A DNA stretch of 35,253 nt, from NCBI GenBank assembly GCA_019358935.1, contig JAHHIK010000089.1, positions 1 through 35,253 of the forward strand. The letters are read 5' to 3'. The notes under the pieces were generated by a model that worked only from the letters and a program-made list of their open reading frames with translations, made no database searches and was not told the DNA's origin. Both the position numbers and the translations under genes were made by a program. Position 1 is the stretch's first letter, and each line of letters opens with the position of its first letter. Of the stretch, positions 26,812 to 35,253 are shown piece after piece. Source of the DNA: Tolypothrix carrinoi HA7290-LM1 (GTDB lineage Bacteria > Cyanobacteriota > Cyanobacteriia > Cyanobacteriales > Nostocaceae).

Positions 26812-27831
26812 ATGAACAGCTCGGATAAGGCAAAACGAATCGTATCTCCCTGGTGGCGCTGGCCTCTTGAAGCTCTATTCCCGGATAAAAAATTTGATGG
26901 ACAATTTCAAAATCCAGGTAGCGAAGAGGTTTTTGATTTTGACTCGGTGATGGCATCTCCTAACCCAATCGCCATGATTGCATCTGAAATCGCCTATTAT
27001 CCAGAAAACGATAAGCGTGAACTTTTTGCCATATTTGTCTCTGGGCTGGGACAACGTGAGTCAGAATCTTCAAGAAGGAGCCGTAGGTATGCTACTACTC
27101 TCTTAACTGGCATCGCCAATATGAACAACTCTACTTTTCTTAAACAACGTCCAATTATCGCTTTCATTAACCGATCCCTTGACTGGATTAATGCAGCTCT
27201 TGACTATGTTGGTTTATCTGGTAGTCCAGTCATTGAAAACGCGGCAACTTTGATTACTTATGCCGTCAACAACGCGATAATTCTTAATTTATCAGGCGAT
27301 AGTCTTGGAACAATTTTTTTGGCTAGAGCTCTTGAGCTTGCTAAAAGAAACTTTATTTGTAGACACGCTAGGGTGTTTGACTTTCGAGAACGACGAATTC
27401 AAGAACAGAAGTGGAAGCAGCGCACTAGTCAACTGATCAATGTCTTCACCTTCGGAAACGGCTATCGAAAATGGGTACTAGGCCCAAATTACATTATGGT
27501 TTTCATTCAAGGCGATCCATTAGCAGAGAAATATGGAATTACACCCCAAAGAGCTATTAAGCAAAAACGAGACGATATAAAATTTTTGATATTTCCGCGT
27601 TTGTTTCCTAAAGGCAGCTTTGAAGCGCATAACATGATGTTTACAATCGAACTTCTTCGCCAAACCTTTCAAAAAAATCAGATTGAGATTGGTGATTTTG
27701 TGGGCTTATATAACAAACTTAATTCCAGCACCCTAGAAATTGCCACACCCGATGAAGTATCATGGCCCAGCGACATGAAAAAGTACGTATGGAATCAAGA
27801 CAGCCTCAAGTCAATTCCATCTTTATCGTGA
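26812..27831 (+). CDS. Hypothetical protein, possible alpha/beta-hydrolase fold
   Basis: 339-aa ORF with FVSG, GDSLG (GxSxG), VFTFG, GDP and AH in the order expected for a Ser-Asp-His hydrolase. Confidence 0.7.
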   Translation: MNSSDKAKRIVSPWWRWPLEALFPDKKFDGQFQNPGSEEVFDFDSVMASPNPIAMIASEIAYYPENDKRELFAIFVSGLGQRESESSRRSRRYATTLLTGIANMNNSTFLKQRPIIAFINRSLDWINAALDYVGLSGSPVIENAATLITYAVNNAIILNLSGDSLGTIFLARALELAKRNFICRHARVFDFRERRIQEQKWKQRTSQLINVFTFGNGYRKWVLGPNYIMVFIQGDPLAEKYGITPQRAIKQKRDDIKFLIFPRLFPKGSFEAHNMMFTIELLRQTFQKNQIEIGDFVGLYNKLNSSTLEIATPDEVSWPSDMKKYVWNQDSLKSIPSLS

Positions 27832-27859
27832 CATGAATTGCTGCATTTTTTACAACATA

Positions 27860-27958
27860 TCATGTCCGGTTAATTGCCTATATTGTAGAGACGTTCCACA
27901 CTCCCACGTCTCTACGACGCTTGCAATGTTTTTATTAATGTTAATTAAGCGGACATGA
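27860..27958. mobile_element. TA-flanked MITE (~99 bp) carrying an internal GTAG REP
   Basis: Terminal IRs TCATGTCCGGTTAATT and AATTAAGCGGACATGA (15 of 16 match), with TA on both sides; REP at 27885-27915. Confidence 0.8.
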
Positions 27959-28120
27959 TATCATGTCTTGTTCGCAAAGCGTTCCTTGCGTGGAAGCCTC
28001 CCCTCCAACTTCTCTTGAACTTTGGGGAAAGCCAAAAGGAACTTTTGGTAAAAGGTTTAATAATTTGGAACTTTAAGTTTCACAACTCAGTCAAAAACAG
28101 TTGACCCGAATTGCGATTAG

Positions 28121-28753
28121 ATGAGCCGTCCTATGAAGCAACTGTTGGTTATTACTGCTTTGGTTTCACCACTTTGCTTAATTGCATCAACACAAGTGCT
28201 TGCTCAAACGCAGCCAACAGAAGAGCAAATTCAACAAGCCTGTGCCAATCGGCAGATTGACAAACTGCCTGCACCGTTTTCTGATGTCCCAAAAGAACAC
28301 TGGGCATCTCAAGCTGTAGCGAATCTATATTATTGTAAATCGGCGCGGCGAAATGCATCTACTAGCGAACTAAAAACCGCGCCTGACAAAGTGACAATAA
28401 ATGGACGTTCCTATGCAATTGATACTTACTTGTGGCGTAATTTTATGCCAAGTACCACTGCAAATAATAAAGGAATGATGGCTAGTGTCCGCTTGAAAGC
28501 GCAGGATGGAAAACCAGTAGCATCGACATTAACTGCTGATAAATTGTGGCTGATTAAAAGTAATGGCGAAACGATTTGGGAAACTACCTTTTCTGAACAA
28601 CCGAGAATTTCTAACTCCGGAGTCGAGATGGTAGCTAGGGGTGGACCAAATTTAGAACCTGGTAGCGTGGTTGATGTGGTGGTTCGCTTGCAAAATGGCA
28701 ATAAGACTTATTTAGTGCGATCGCATAAGCAAACAATTCAACGCACATATTAA
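28121..28753 (+). CDS. Exported protein with an S-layer homology (SLH)-like motif
   Basis: Signal peptide ending VLA-Q; PFSDVPKEHWASQAVANL. The start may be 28133. Confidence 0.8.
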   Translation: MSRPMKQLLVITALVSPLCLIASTQVLAQTQPTEEQIQQACANRQIDKLPAPFSDVPKEHWASQAVANLYYCKSARRNASTSELKTAPDKVTINGRSYAIDTYLWRNFMPSTTANNKGMMASVRLKAQDGKPVASTLTADKLWLIKSNGETIWETTFSEQPRISNSGVEMVARGGPNLEPGSVVDVVVRLQNGNKTYLVRSHKQTIQRTY

Positions 28754-28755
28754 AA

Positions 28756-28808
28756 GTAGTGAGGGCTTTAGCCCTCATATTTAAGCACACACGAGTGCTT
28801 ACTACTAC
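28756..28808. repeat. Degenerate GTAG-type REP between convergent genes
   Basis: GTAG-TGAGGGCT-TT-AGCCCTCA followed by a second small hairpin and CTAC. Confidence 0.55.
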
Positions 28809-29344
28809 TTAACTCGAACCACTTCAAAGTCGAAAGCAGCAATACGCCGATTATCAATGTAAACTTCTATCTTATGCTTACCACTCGGATCGCCAGGAGC
28901 AATAGTCCAGAAGTTCTCAATCATACCATTTTCAGCCTTCTGTGTACGAGTAGTTACACCTTCAGTACCATTTGCTGATAGTGAGAAGTTTTCACCATTA
29001 TCTGTACCCCAGTTTTCTGGTTGTTTTGGCAATCGCAGAACTTCTCGCCATGTAACTTCACCCTTGTAATCTTTGAGTTGAATTCGCCATCCGTAACGCC
29101 TTTTCTCTTGAAGAGGTACTCTCGTTGTCGGAATGAAGGTAACATTACCTCTTGCGCCTACTCTCTCAACTCCGAATTCAGCTTTCGTGACAGAAATCAG
29201 TTTAGAATTTCGAGATTGAGAAGTCGCGATGGCAAAGCCAACGCCTTCGGCGAACGCCCGATCCGCCAAAACCGAAGTTATCAAGGGAGATGTCAACCAA
29301 AAAGAAGCTAGGACAAGGGTAGTCGCCCAAACTCTCAAAAACAT
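28805..29344 (-). CDS. Hypothetical exported protein
   Basis: 179 aa with a signal-like N-terminus and a beta-rich domain (YGWRIQL, WREVLRLP, WTIAPGDPSGKHKIEVYID). Confidence 0.8.
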   Translation of the reverse strand: MFLRVWATTLVLASFWLTSPLITSVLADRAFAEGVGFAIATSQSRNSKLISVTKAEFGVERVGARGNVTFIPTTRVPLQEKRRYGWRIQLKDYKGEVTWREVLRLPKQPENWGTDNGENFSLSANGTEGVTTRTQKAENGMIENFWTIAPGDPSGKHKIEVYIDNRRIAAFDFEVVRVK

Positions 29345-29416
29345 ACTTTTTCTATGAGATATTCCTAGTTATTAATAGAGGAATATCAACTCTCGTTCCG
29401 GACAGACTCTGTGAAA

Positions 29417-29541
29417 ATTGGGAATGGGTAATTGGGAATAGGTAATTGGGAATGGGTAATTGGGAATGGGTAATTGGGCATCGGGCATTGGGCATAGATT
29501 TGGCTTTATTCCCATTACCGATTACCGATTACCGATTACCC
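29417..29541. repeat. STRR arrays (GGGAATG/GGTAATTG, GGGCATT, CCGATTA)
   Basis: Tandem 7/8-mers in inverted arrangement within a divergent intergenic region. Confidence 0.85.
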
Positions 29542-29622
29542 GCCGGGATATATTCTGTTTCAACAGTCGTCTCGGCATTTGATATACATTTGAAGGGGTG
29601 ATGACTTCTGACGCAACGAAGC

Positions 29623-31500
29623 ATGACAACAACGCTGCTAAATAATCGCTATCAAGTAATCGAGGTACTCGGCGCTGGTGGGTTTGGTGAAACCTTTCTG
29701 GCAGAAGATACCTATATGCCTTCTCGCCGTCGCTGTGCGATTAAGCAACTCAAACCTATCGCCGCAAACGATCCGCAAACCTATAGAATGATTCGATTGC
29801 GGTTTGAACGAGAAGCGGCGACTTTAGAAAATCTTGGCAAAAGTAGTGACCAAATTCCCGAACTCTACGCCTACTTTCCTGAGAATGGGCAGTTTTATTT
29901 GGTTCAAGAATGGATTCACGGTCAAACCCTAACACAGATTGTCGCCGCGAAAGGATTACTCAACGAAACTACTGTCAGAGAAATTCTTTTGCGTCTGCTG
30001 TCAGTTTTGAATTATGTCCATAGCAAAGGCATTATCCACAGGGATATCAAGCCGGATAATATTATTTTGCGCTCTAGCGATCGCAAGCCGATTTTAATTG
30101 ATTTTGGTGCAGTCAAAGAAACGATCCGTTCGGTTGTCGGTACACCTGGATATCCTACTCAATCGCTTGTGATGGGTACACCTGGATATATGCCGAGCGA
30201 ACAAGCTGTCGGACGCCCAGTTTATGCTACTGATATATATAGCTTAGGCTTAACGGCGATTTATTTACTGACTGGCAAACACCCGCAAGAACTAGAAACC
30301 AACCAGCAAACAGGAGAAATACTTTGGCTTGAATATGCCCCAAATGTATCTCCAGGTTTGGCAAACATACTAAATCAGGCGATTAAGCCGCACGCAGGCG
30401 ATCGCTATTCGACTGCTAGCAAAATGCTACATGCTTTACAGTCTGTTAGTTCTATTCCTCCACAATCAGCGCCAAGTGCTGCCACAATCGCGCTCAATCC
30501 CGTAGCTGCCCAAAAGCAAACTCCGCCACCGAAAACGCAAATCACGCATAACCGAAACTGGCGAAAGCCTGCTTGGATTGTCGGTGGTTTGGTTGCGGGT
30601 GGCTTATTTGGTGCAGTAGCGATCGCTAATCTTACTCGTCAACCCCAGCCTGAAGCTTCAATTGCGACATCGCCCGAACCGGAAACTACTCAAAAAGCGA
30701 TCGCCAACATACCAACTCCTTCCCCAGAAACTTCAGTTTCCACCGACGAACCCGCCGATACGCCCATTGCTTCCCAACCTGACCCAGCACCAATTATACC
30801 TACCTCACGGCAGCAACCAACAAATTCTGCACCTGTTGCCCCCCGAATAGCAGCCACTACGCAGCCCGAAACCGAGCAACCACGTACTTCATCAGATGAT
30901 AAATCAGATATACCTGTACCGATAGTACCTGATGAAACCCCCGCAGCATCTACCTCACAGCCACAAATAGAACAACCGCCTCAAATTCCCAACCCTGATA
31001 CCAGTCCACCACCGAAGAAAATCAAAAAACCTCCCAAGGAAGCGATCGCTACTACAAGCATACAAAGCGTCCCCGCATTTCCTACAGGTACGGCAAGAAG
31101 CTCAGTAGAAGCCGCTTTGGGCAAACCAGCCAGAGATTTAAGAGGCGCTTGGGGTAATACCCGTGCTGTCACTTACACCTTAGTACCGAATCAAATTGAC
31201 CTTGGTTACTTATTTGACCGCAATTCCGGAGAACTGCGCCAAACTGAAGCCGCTTTTGCCCAATCTGTAGACCCCCAAGTAATGCAAACAACCTTAGAGG
31301 GAATGTTAGGTGGGCAAGCAACTGAAGAAATCAAGCAAGGACTGCAACAAATCCAACAACGTCAAAAAGATAATGTTAGCTTTACCCAAGGCGGATTAAA
31401 AGGTCAGATTGTGCGTCAAGAGTGTGATTTAATTTACATTAGTATTTGGGATGCCAACTTACATGATTTTGTGAGTGTGTCTCAAAACAGAAAGTGTTAA
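29623..31500 (+). CDS. Membrane Ser/Thr protein kinase with Pro/Thr-rich linker and C-terminal domain
   Basis: Motifs GAGGFG, HRDIKPDN, DFG and GTPGYMPSEQ; transmembrane WIVGGLVAGGLFGAVAI. Confidence 0.93.
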   Translation: MTTTLLNNRYQVIEVLGAGGFGETFLAEDTYMPSRRRCAIKQLKPIAANDPQTYRMIRLRFEREAATLENLGKSSDQIPELYAYFPENGQFYLVQEWIHGQTLTQIVAAKGLLNETTVREILLRLLSVLNYVHSKGIIHRDIKPDNIILRSSDRKPILIDFGAVKETIRSVVGTPGYPTQSLVMGTPGYMPSEQAVGRPVYATDIYSLGLTAIYLLTGKHPQELETNQQTGEILWLEYAPNVSPGLANILNQAIKPHAGDRYSTASKMLHALQSVSSIPPQSAPSAATIALNPVAAQKQTPPPKTQITHNRNWRKPAWIVGGLVAGGLFGAVAIANLTRQPQPEASIATSPEPETTQKAIANIPTPSPETSVSTDEPADTPIASQPDPAPIIPTSRQQPTNSAPVAPRIAATTQPETEQPRTSSDDKSDIPVPIVPDETPAASTSQPQIEQPPQIPNPDTSPPPKKIKKPPKEAIATTSIQSVPAFPTGTARSSVEAALGKPARDLRGAWGNTRAVTYTLVPNQIDLGYLFDRNSGELRQTEAAFAQSVDPQVMQTTLEGMLGGQATEEIKQGLQQIQQRQKDNVSFTQGGLKGQIVRQECDLIYISIWDANLHDFVSVSQNRKC

Positions 31501-31554
31501 ACATATTACTTAGTAAAACATTGCATAAGTTCATAACGAAAATCTGAAGGAAGA

Positions 31555-31595
31555 CTCTGCGTACCTTTGCGCTTACCTTAGCGTTCCTCTGCGTT
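31555..31595. repeat. Short degenerate tandem repeat (CTCTGCG/CTTTGCG type)
   Basis: CTCTGCGTAC CTTTGCGCTTAC CTTAGCGTTC CTCTGCG; related to the complementary CGCAAAG/CGCAGAG units at 10743-10811. Confidence 0.6.
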
Positions 31596-31720
31596 GAAAA
31601 ACACTTTTCAGGAATATTACCCAAAAAGTGTGAGATATATAATTAAGGCTATTTTCTAGCGATACTTCACAGTAGTCGCTTGGTAATAGCGCTGTTGCTC
31701 TTTAAAAATTTAGCTTTCTA

Positions 31721-33319
31721 ATGAGCATATATCATACACATCGGACAATCTTACTTTTATCAGCAAATCCTAAAAAAACCAGCCAACTGCGTCTAGCTGA
31801 GGAAATGCGCGATATTAAGGAAGGATTGAGACGGTCAGAGAATCGTGACCTATTTTCAATTAGTGCAGCAGAAGCTATACGTCCCAGAGACATACGTAGA
31901 GCTATTTTGACATATAAGCCACATATTATTCACTTTTCTGGGCATGGTTCTCAAGAAGAAGGTTTAGTATTTGAAGATGAAACGGGTGCAGTCAAATTTG
32001 TTGATGCGGCAGCTTTAGCGGGTTTATTTGAATTATTTGCAAATCAAGTCGAGTGTGTTGTCCTCAATGCTTGCCATTCCAAATATCAAGCTGCGGAAAT
32101 TGCCCGACATATTAATTATGTAGTGGGTATGAGTCAGGAAATTCAAGATAAAGCTGCAATTGAATTTGCTGTGGGTTTTTATGATGGACTGGGAGCGGGT
32201 AAAGGTTATGATTTTGCTTATAAATTAGGTTGTAATGCTATCTTGACAGCTGGAATCAAACAACATTTAATCCCAGAGTTAATTGAATCTCAGAATTTAA
32301 AATCGCAATTATCATCAACAGTATCCCAGAATATATATATTGAAAGACCTCCAAGTGAAGCAAAATGCTATCAAGAGATTTTACAACCAGGAGCGCTGAT
32401 TCGCATCAAAGCTCCGCAGAAAATGGGTAAAAGTTGGCTTTTGGAGAATTTGCTGTCATCCGCGAGAGAGCAGGGTTATCAAACAGCAAAATTAGATTTA
32501 CAGCAAGCCGAAAACTCAATTTTGGATAACTTGAAAACCTTCTTGCAGTGGGTATGCGTTGATGTTTCTGATAGCTTAGACATTGAACCTCAAGTTAATG
32601 AAACTTGGCAAGACATATATGGTGTAAATAAAAATTGTACTCGTTACTTTCAAAAGCATTTATTATCAGTTAGCGAAAATCCCTTAGTTTTTGCTATAGA
32701 TAATTTTGAGCGACTGTTTCAATATCCAGATATTTTCTCTCAATTTTGCTTACTCTTGCGCGGTTGGTATGAAAATGCCAAAGGAGGAGACAGGGTTGCT
32801 AATATTTGGAAGAAACTGCGGTTAGTGGTAGTTCATTCGACTGAAGTTTATCCTTCTTTGGATAGCAATCATTCACCATTTAATGTTGGTATACCAATTG
32901 AATTACCTGAATTTAATCAGCAGCAGGTAAAAGCTTTTGCAACTGGGTATGAGTTAGATAAACAATTAGGACAAAGTTTAATTAAGTTGATGGAGTTGAT
33001 AGGAGGACACCCTTATTTACTGCAACAAGCATTTGTTAACCTTAAAAGTCAGCAAATTAACTTAGAGCAATTGTTCACCCTTGCACCGACAGAAGAGGGA
33101 ATATTTAGCGATTATCTGCGACAACTATTATGGCATTTACAACATAATTCTCCGCTAGAGGTAGGGTATAAAAAAGTCGTAAGGGCAAATGCACCTGTGC
33201 GACTTGATGCTGAAGTTGCATTTAAGCTGCATAGTTTGGGGTTAGTGAAACTTTCAGGTAATGATTGTCTTCCTAGCTGCGATTTATATCGTCAGTATTT
33301 TTCTGAGCGTTTGCTGTGA
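31721..33319 (+). CDS. CHAT (caspase/HetF-like) domain fused to an AAA_35 ATPase-like domain
   Basis: ILLLSANP, IIHFSGHG and VVLNAC (His/Cys dyad); then YIERP, IKAPQKMGKS, SPFNVG and GGHPYL. Confidence 0.92.
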   Translation: MSIYHTHRTILLLSANPKKTSQLRLAEEMRDIKEGLRRSENRDLFSISAAEAIRPRDIRRAILTYKPHIIHFSGHGSQEEGLVFEDETGAVKFVDAAALAGLFELFANQVECVVLNACHSKYQAAEIARHINYVVGMSQEIQDKAAIEFAVGFYDGLGAGKGYDFAYKLGCNAILTAGIKQHLIPELIESQNLKSQLSSTVSQNIYIERPPSEAKCYQEILQPGALIRIKAPQKMGKSWLLENLLSSAREQGYQTAKLDLQQAENSILDNLKTFLQWVCVDVSDSLDIEPQVNETWQDIYGVNKNCTRYFQKHLLSVSENPLVFAIDNFERLFQYPDIFSQFCLLLRGWYENAKGGDRVANIWKKLRLVVVHSTEVYPSLDSNHSPFNVGIPIELPEFNQQQVKAFATGYELDKQLGQSLIKLMELIGGHPYLLQQAFVNLKSQQINLEQLFTLAPTEEGIFSDYLRQLLWHLQHNSPLEVGYKKVVRANAPVRLDAEVAFKLHSLGLVKLSGNDCLPSCDLYRQYFSERLL

Positions 33320-33323
33320 TTTC

Positions 33324-33399
33324 GTAGGGTGTGTTAGCCTTGCTAACGCACCATCCGATATTTTCGGTGCGTTAGGACATTCGTCCTAACACACCCTAC
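33324..33399. repeat. GTAG REP doublet (REPIN-like)
   Basis: GTAGGGTGTGTTAG...TAACGCACC-spacer-GGTGCGTTAG...CTAACACACCCTAC. Confidence 0.85.
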
Positions 33400-33489
33400 A
33401 AAAATTTGATTTTTCAGTTCCGTTTGGGGTAAATCATGTTTAACGAATACAGATTTTTTGGAAGTCTACCAGAAAACGCCAGCACCTAA
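33375..33489 (+). repeat. Diverged duplicate of 34143-34257 (REP half, upstream region and first 17 codons of the AAA_35 gene)
   Basis: MFNEYRFFGSLPENAST* at 33436-33489 versus MFDEYRFSGSLPENASTY at 34205; both are preceded by TTTTCAGTTCCGTTTGGGGTAAATC. Confidence 0.92.
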
Positions 33490-33558
33490 GATATGTAAAA
33501 TTTCGGCAGAAATCTTTGTTGCTTGCTTTTGAACTTTTAGTAGCTGATAATTTTAACT

Positions 33559-33789
33559 ATGAACTATCGAAATTACATCACAATTGAGCCAAATAAACGC
33601 GGTGGCAAGCCTTGTGTGCGCGGCTTGCGAATTACGGTTTATGAAGTGCTTGAGTATTTAGCTTCCGAGATGACCGAAGCAGAAATACTCGACGACTTTC
33701 CCGATCTGACGCGGGAAGATTTAAAAGCCTGTATTGCCTATGCCGCTGATCGTGAGCGTCGGTTGATGATTGCTCCAACGCCCACATGA
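33559..33789 (+). CDS. DUF433 family protein (putative antitoxin)
   Basis: ITIEPNKRGGKPCVRGLRITV...EILDDFPDLTREDLKACIAYA. Confidence 0.93.
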   Translation: MNYRNYITIEPNKRGGKPCVRGLRITVYEVLEYLASEMTEAEILDDFPDLTREDLKACIAYAADRERRLMIAPTPT

Positions 33790-34118
33790 AACTACTTTTT
33801 GACGAAAACTTGTCTCCCAAGTTGCCGCGTCTTTTGGCTGACCTTTTTCCAGATTCGGTTCACGTCCGAGATGTCGGTATGAAAGCAACTGACGACCCAT
33901 TGGTATGGGATTATGCTAAAGATAATGGCTTCATGATTGTCTCGAAAGACGCGGATATGCACGACCTCAGCTTGGTGTTTGGGAATCCGCCGAAGGTTGT
34001 TTGGCTACGGCTTGGAAACTGCTCAACATCGCAGGTTGAAAATTTGCTGCGTCGAGATGTTGACGTTATCAAATTATTTTATGAAGACGAGTATGTATCG
34101 CTGCTTGCTTTATCATAA
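33786..34118 (+). CDS. DUF5615 PIN-like protein (putative toxin)
   Basis: MKLLFDENLS, DDPLVWDYA, IVSKDADM and PPKVVWLRLGN; ATGA overlap with the DUF433 gene. Confidence 0.92.
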   Translation: MKLLFDENLSPKLPRLLADLFPDSVHVRDVGMKATDDPLVWDYAKDNGFMIVSKDADMHDLSLVFGNPPKVVWLRLGNCSTSQVENLLRRDVDVIKLFYEDEYVSLLALS

Positions 34119-34204
34119 CGCCGCAGCGAACAAGTTGCTTACGGACATTCGTCAATCACGCACTATACAATAATTTTATTTTTCAGTTCCGTTTGGGGTA
34201 AATC

Positions 34205-35123
34205 ATGTTTGACGAATACAGATTTTCCGGCAGTCTACCAGAAAATGCCAGCACCTACGTCACACGGGAAGCTGATAAAGAATTATATGAATCGCTGACA
34301 GCAGGGAAGTTTTGTTATGTTTTAAACTCCAGACAATCGGGAAAATCTAGCATTCGGGTGCGAACTATGCGACGGTTGCGAGATGCTGGGGTGGAATGTG
34401 CTGCGATTGATTTATCTGCGGGTGGTGTGCAAAATGTGACACCCGAACAGTGGTATGTGGATTTGATTGATAATTTAATTGAAACTTTTGCTTTAGATGT
34501 AGATTTAGCAGAGTGGTGGGTCAAGAATCAATTACACTCAGAAGTAACAAGATTTCGCAAGTTTATTGAAGAGGTTTTGTTAGTTGAAGTTCAAGAAAAT
34601 ATTGTTATTTTTATTGATTAAATTGATAGTGTTCTCAGTCTAAAATTTTCCACAGATGATTTTTTTGCTTTAATTCGCGCTTGTCACAATCAACGGGTTG
34701 ATAATTCTGATTATAATCGTCTCACTTTTTGTTTGTTGGGGGTAGCTTCACCGAGCAATTTAATTCAAGATAAGCAACGCACACCTTTTAATATTGGCAG
34801 AGCAATTAATCTCAAAGGTTTTCAATTGCATGAAGTCGAACCTTTAAGGAAGGGTTTAGAGGAGAAATTTGCAGACTCCCAAGAAGTGATGCAGGAGATA
34901 TTAAATTGGACGGGAGGACAACCATTTTTGACGCAGAAATTGTGTCAATTTATGGTGGAATATGATAAAGATAATCTCCGTTCAGTTGAGCAGGTAGCAA
35001 AAGCAAGGATAATTGAAAATTGGGAATTGCAAGATGAGCCGGAGCATTTACGCACGATTCGCAGCCGAATTTTACGGGATGAGGAACGAGCCGGATATTT
35101 ATTAGATTTGTATCAGCAAATTC
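34205..35123 (+). pseudogene. AAA_35 ATPase-domain gene with a nonsense mutation and 3' truncation
   Basis: YVTREAD, NSRQSGKSS, then IVIFID*IDSVLSL (TAA at 34619-34621 where Glu is expected). The same frame continues to TPFNIG and WTGGQPFLTQKLC, then switches to IS sequence at ~35124. Confidence 0.92.
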
Positions 35124-35253
35124 ACTACGCCGCAACAGATAGCGCTACGAGCCAAAATAATTCTGATGGCATCTGATGGTCAAAACCACCGTGAAATCGC
35201 CCGAAGTTTAAAGATCAATCGGCAGATGGCTCGTTTATGGAGAAACCGATGGT
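35124..35253 (+). mobile_element. IS630-family transposase HTH fragment lacking its left end; runs off the window
   Basis: TTPQQIALRAKIILMASDGQNHREIARSLKINRQMARLWRNRW, similar to the HTH ORF at 1180-1479. Confidence 0.85.

Noticed and set aside
34619..34621. Programmed stop-codon readthrough
   Set aside because: A single G-to-T change from GAA explains the TAA, and the gene is also truncated downstream.

Overview
This window looks like chromosomal DNA from a heterocyst-forming (Nostocales-like) cyanobacterium, judged from more than 30 HIP1 octamers (GCGATCGC, hand count), heptamer STRR arrays and GTAG-type REP palindromes. 1-3400 is a mobile-element graveyard: a group II intron RT relic is cut by an IS630 relic, which is cut by an IS5 relic, which is cut by an intact IS630. 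It also holds a PAS-domain gene broken twice by an identical 196-bp non-coding element with IS200/IS605-type boundaries (3' of TTTAT, ending TTCAA, no target duplication). 3600-12400 encodes a TPR protein, fructosamine kinase, M16 peptidase, GT2 glycosyltransferase, crtD and a heme peroxidase. 12650-31500 is a signalling/envelope region: an FHA-FHA-ABC transporter, three paralogous membrane Ser/Thr kinases, a beta-lactamase-like protein, two exported ferritin-like proteins plus a PEP-CTERM protein divergent from an AAA-HTH regulator, and an SLH protein. 31700-35253 is a CHAT-AAA_35/AAA_35 pair split by a DUF433/DUF5615 toxin-antitoxin cassette; the second AAA_35 gene is dead and fused to an IS630 fragment. 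The most interesting signals are the 196-bp element, repeated duplications of gene ends next to REP elements and accessory cassettes, and very small nested repeats that insert in frame at HIP1-like sites. All calls are by eye; no database search or folding program was run.
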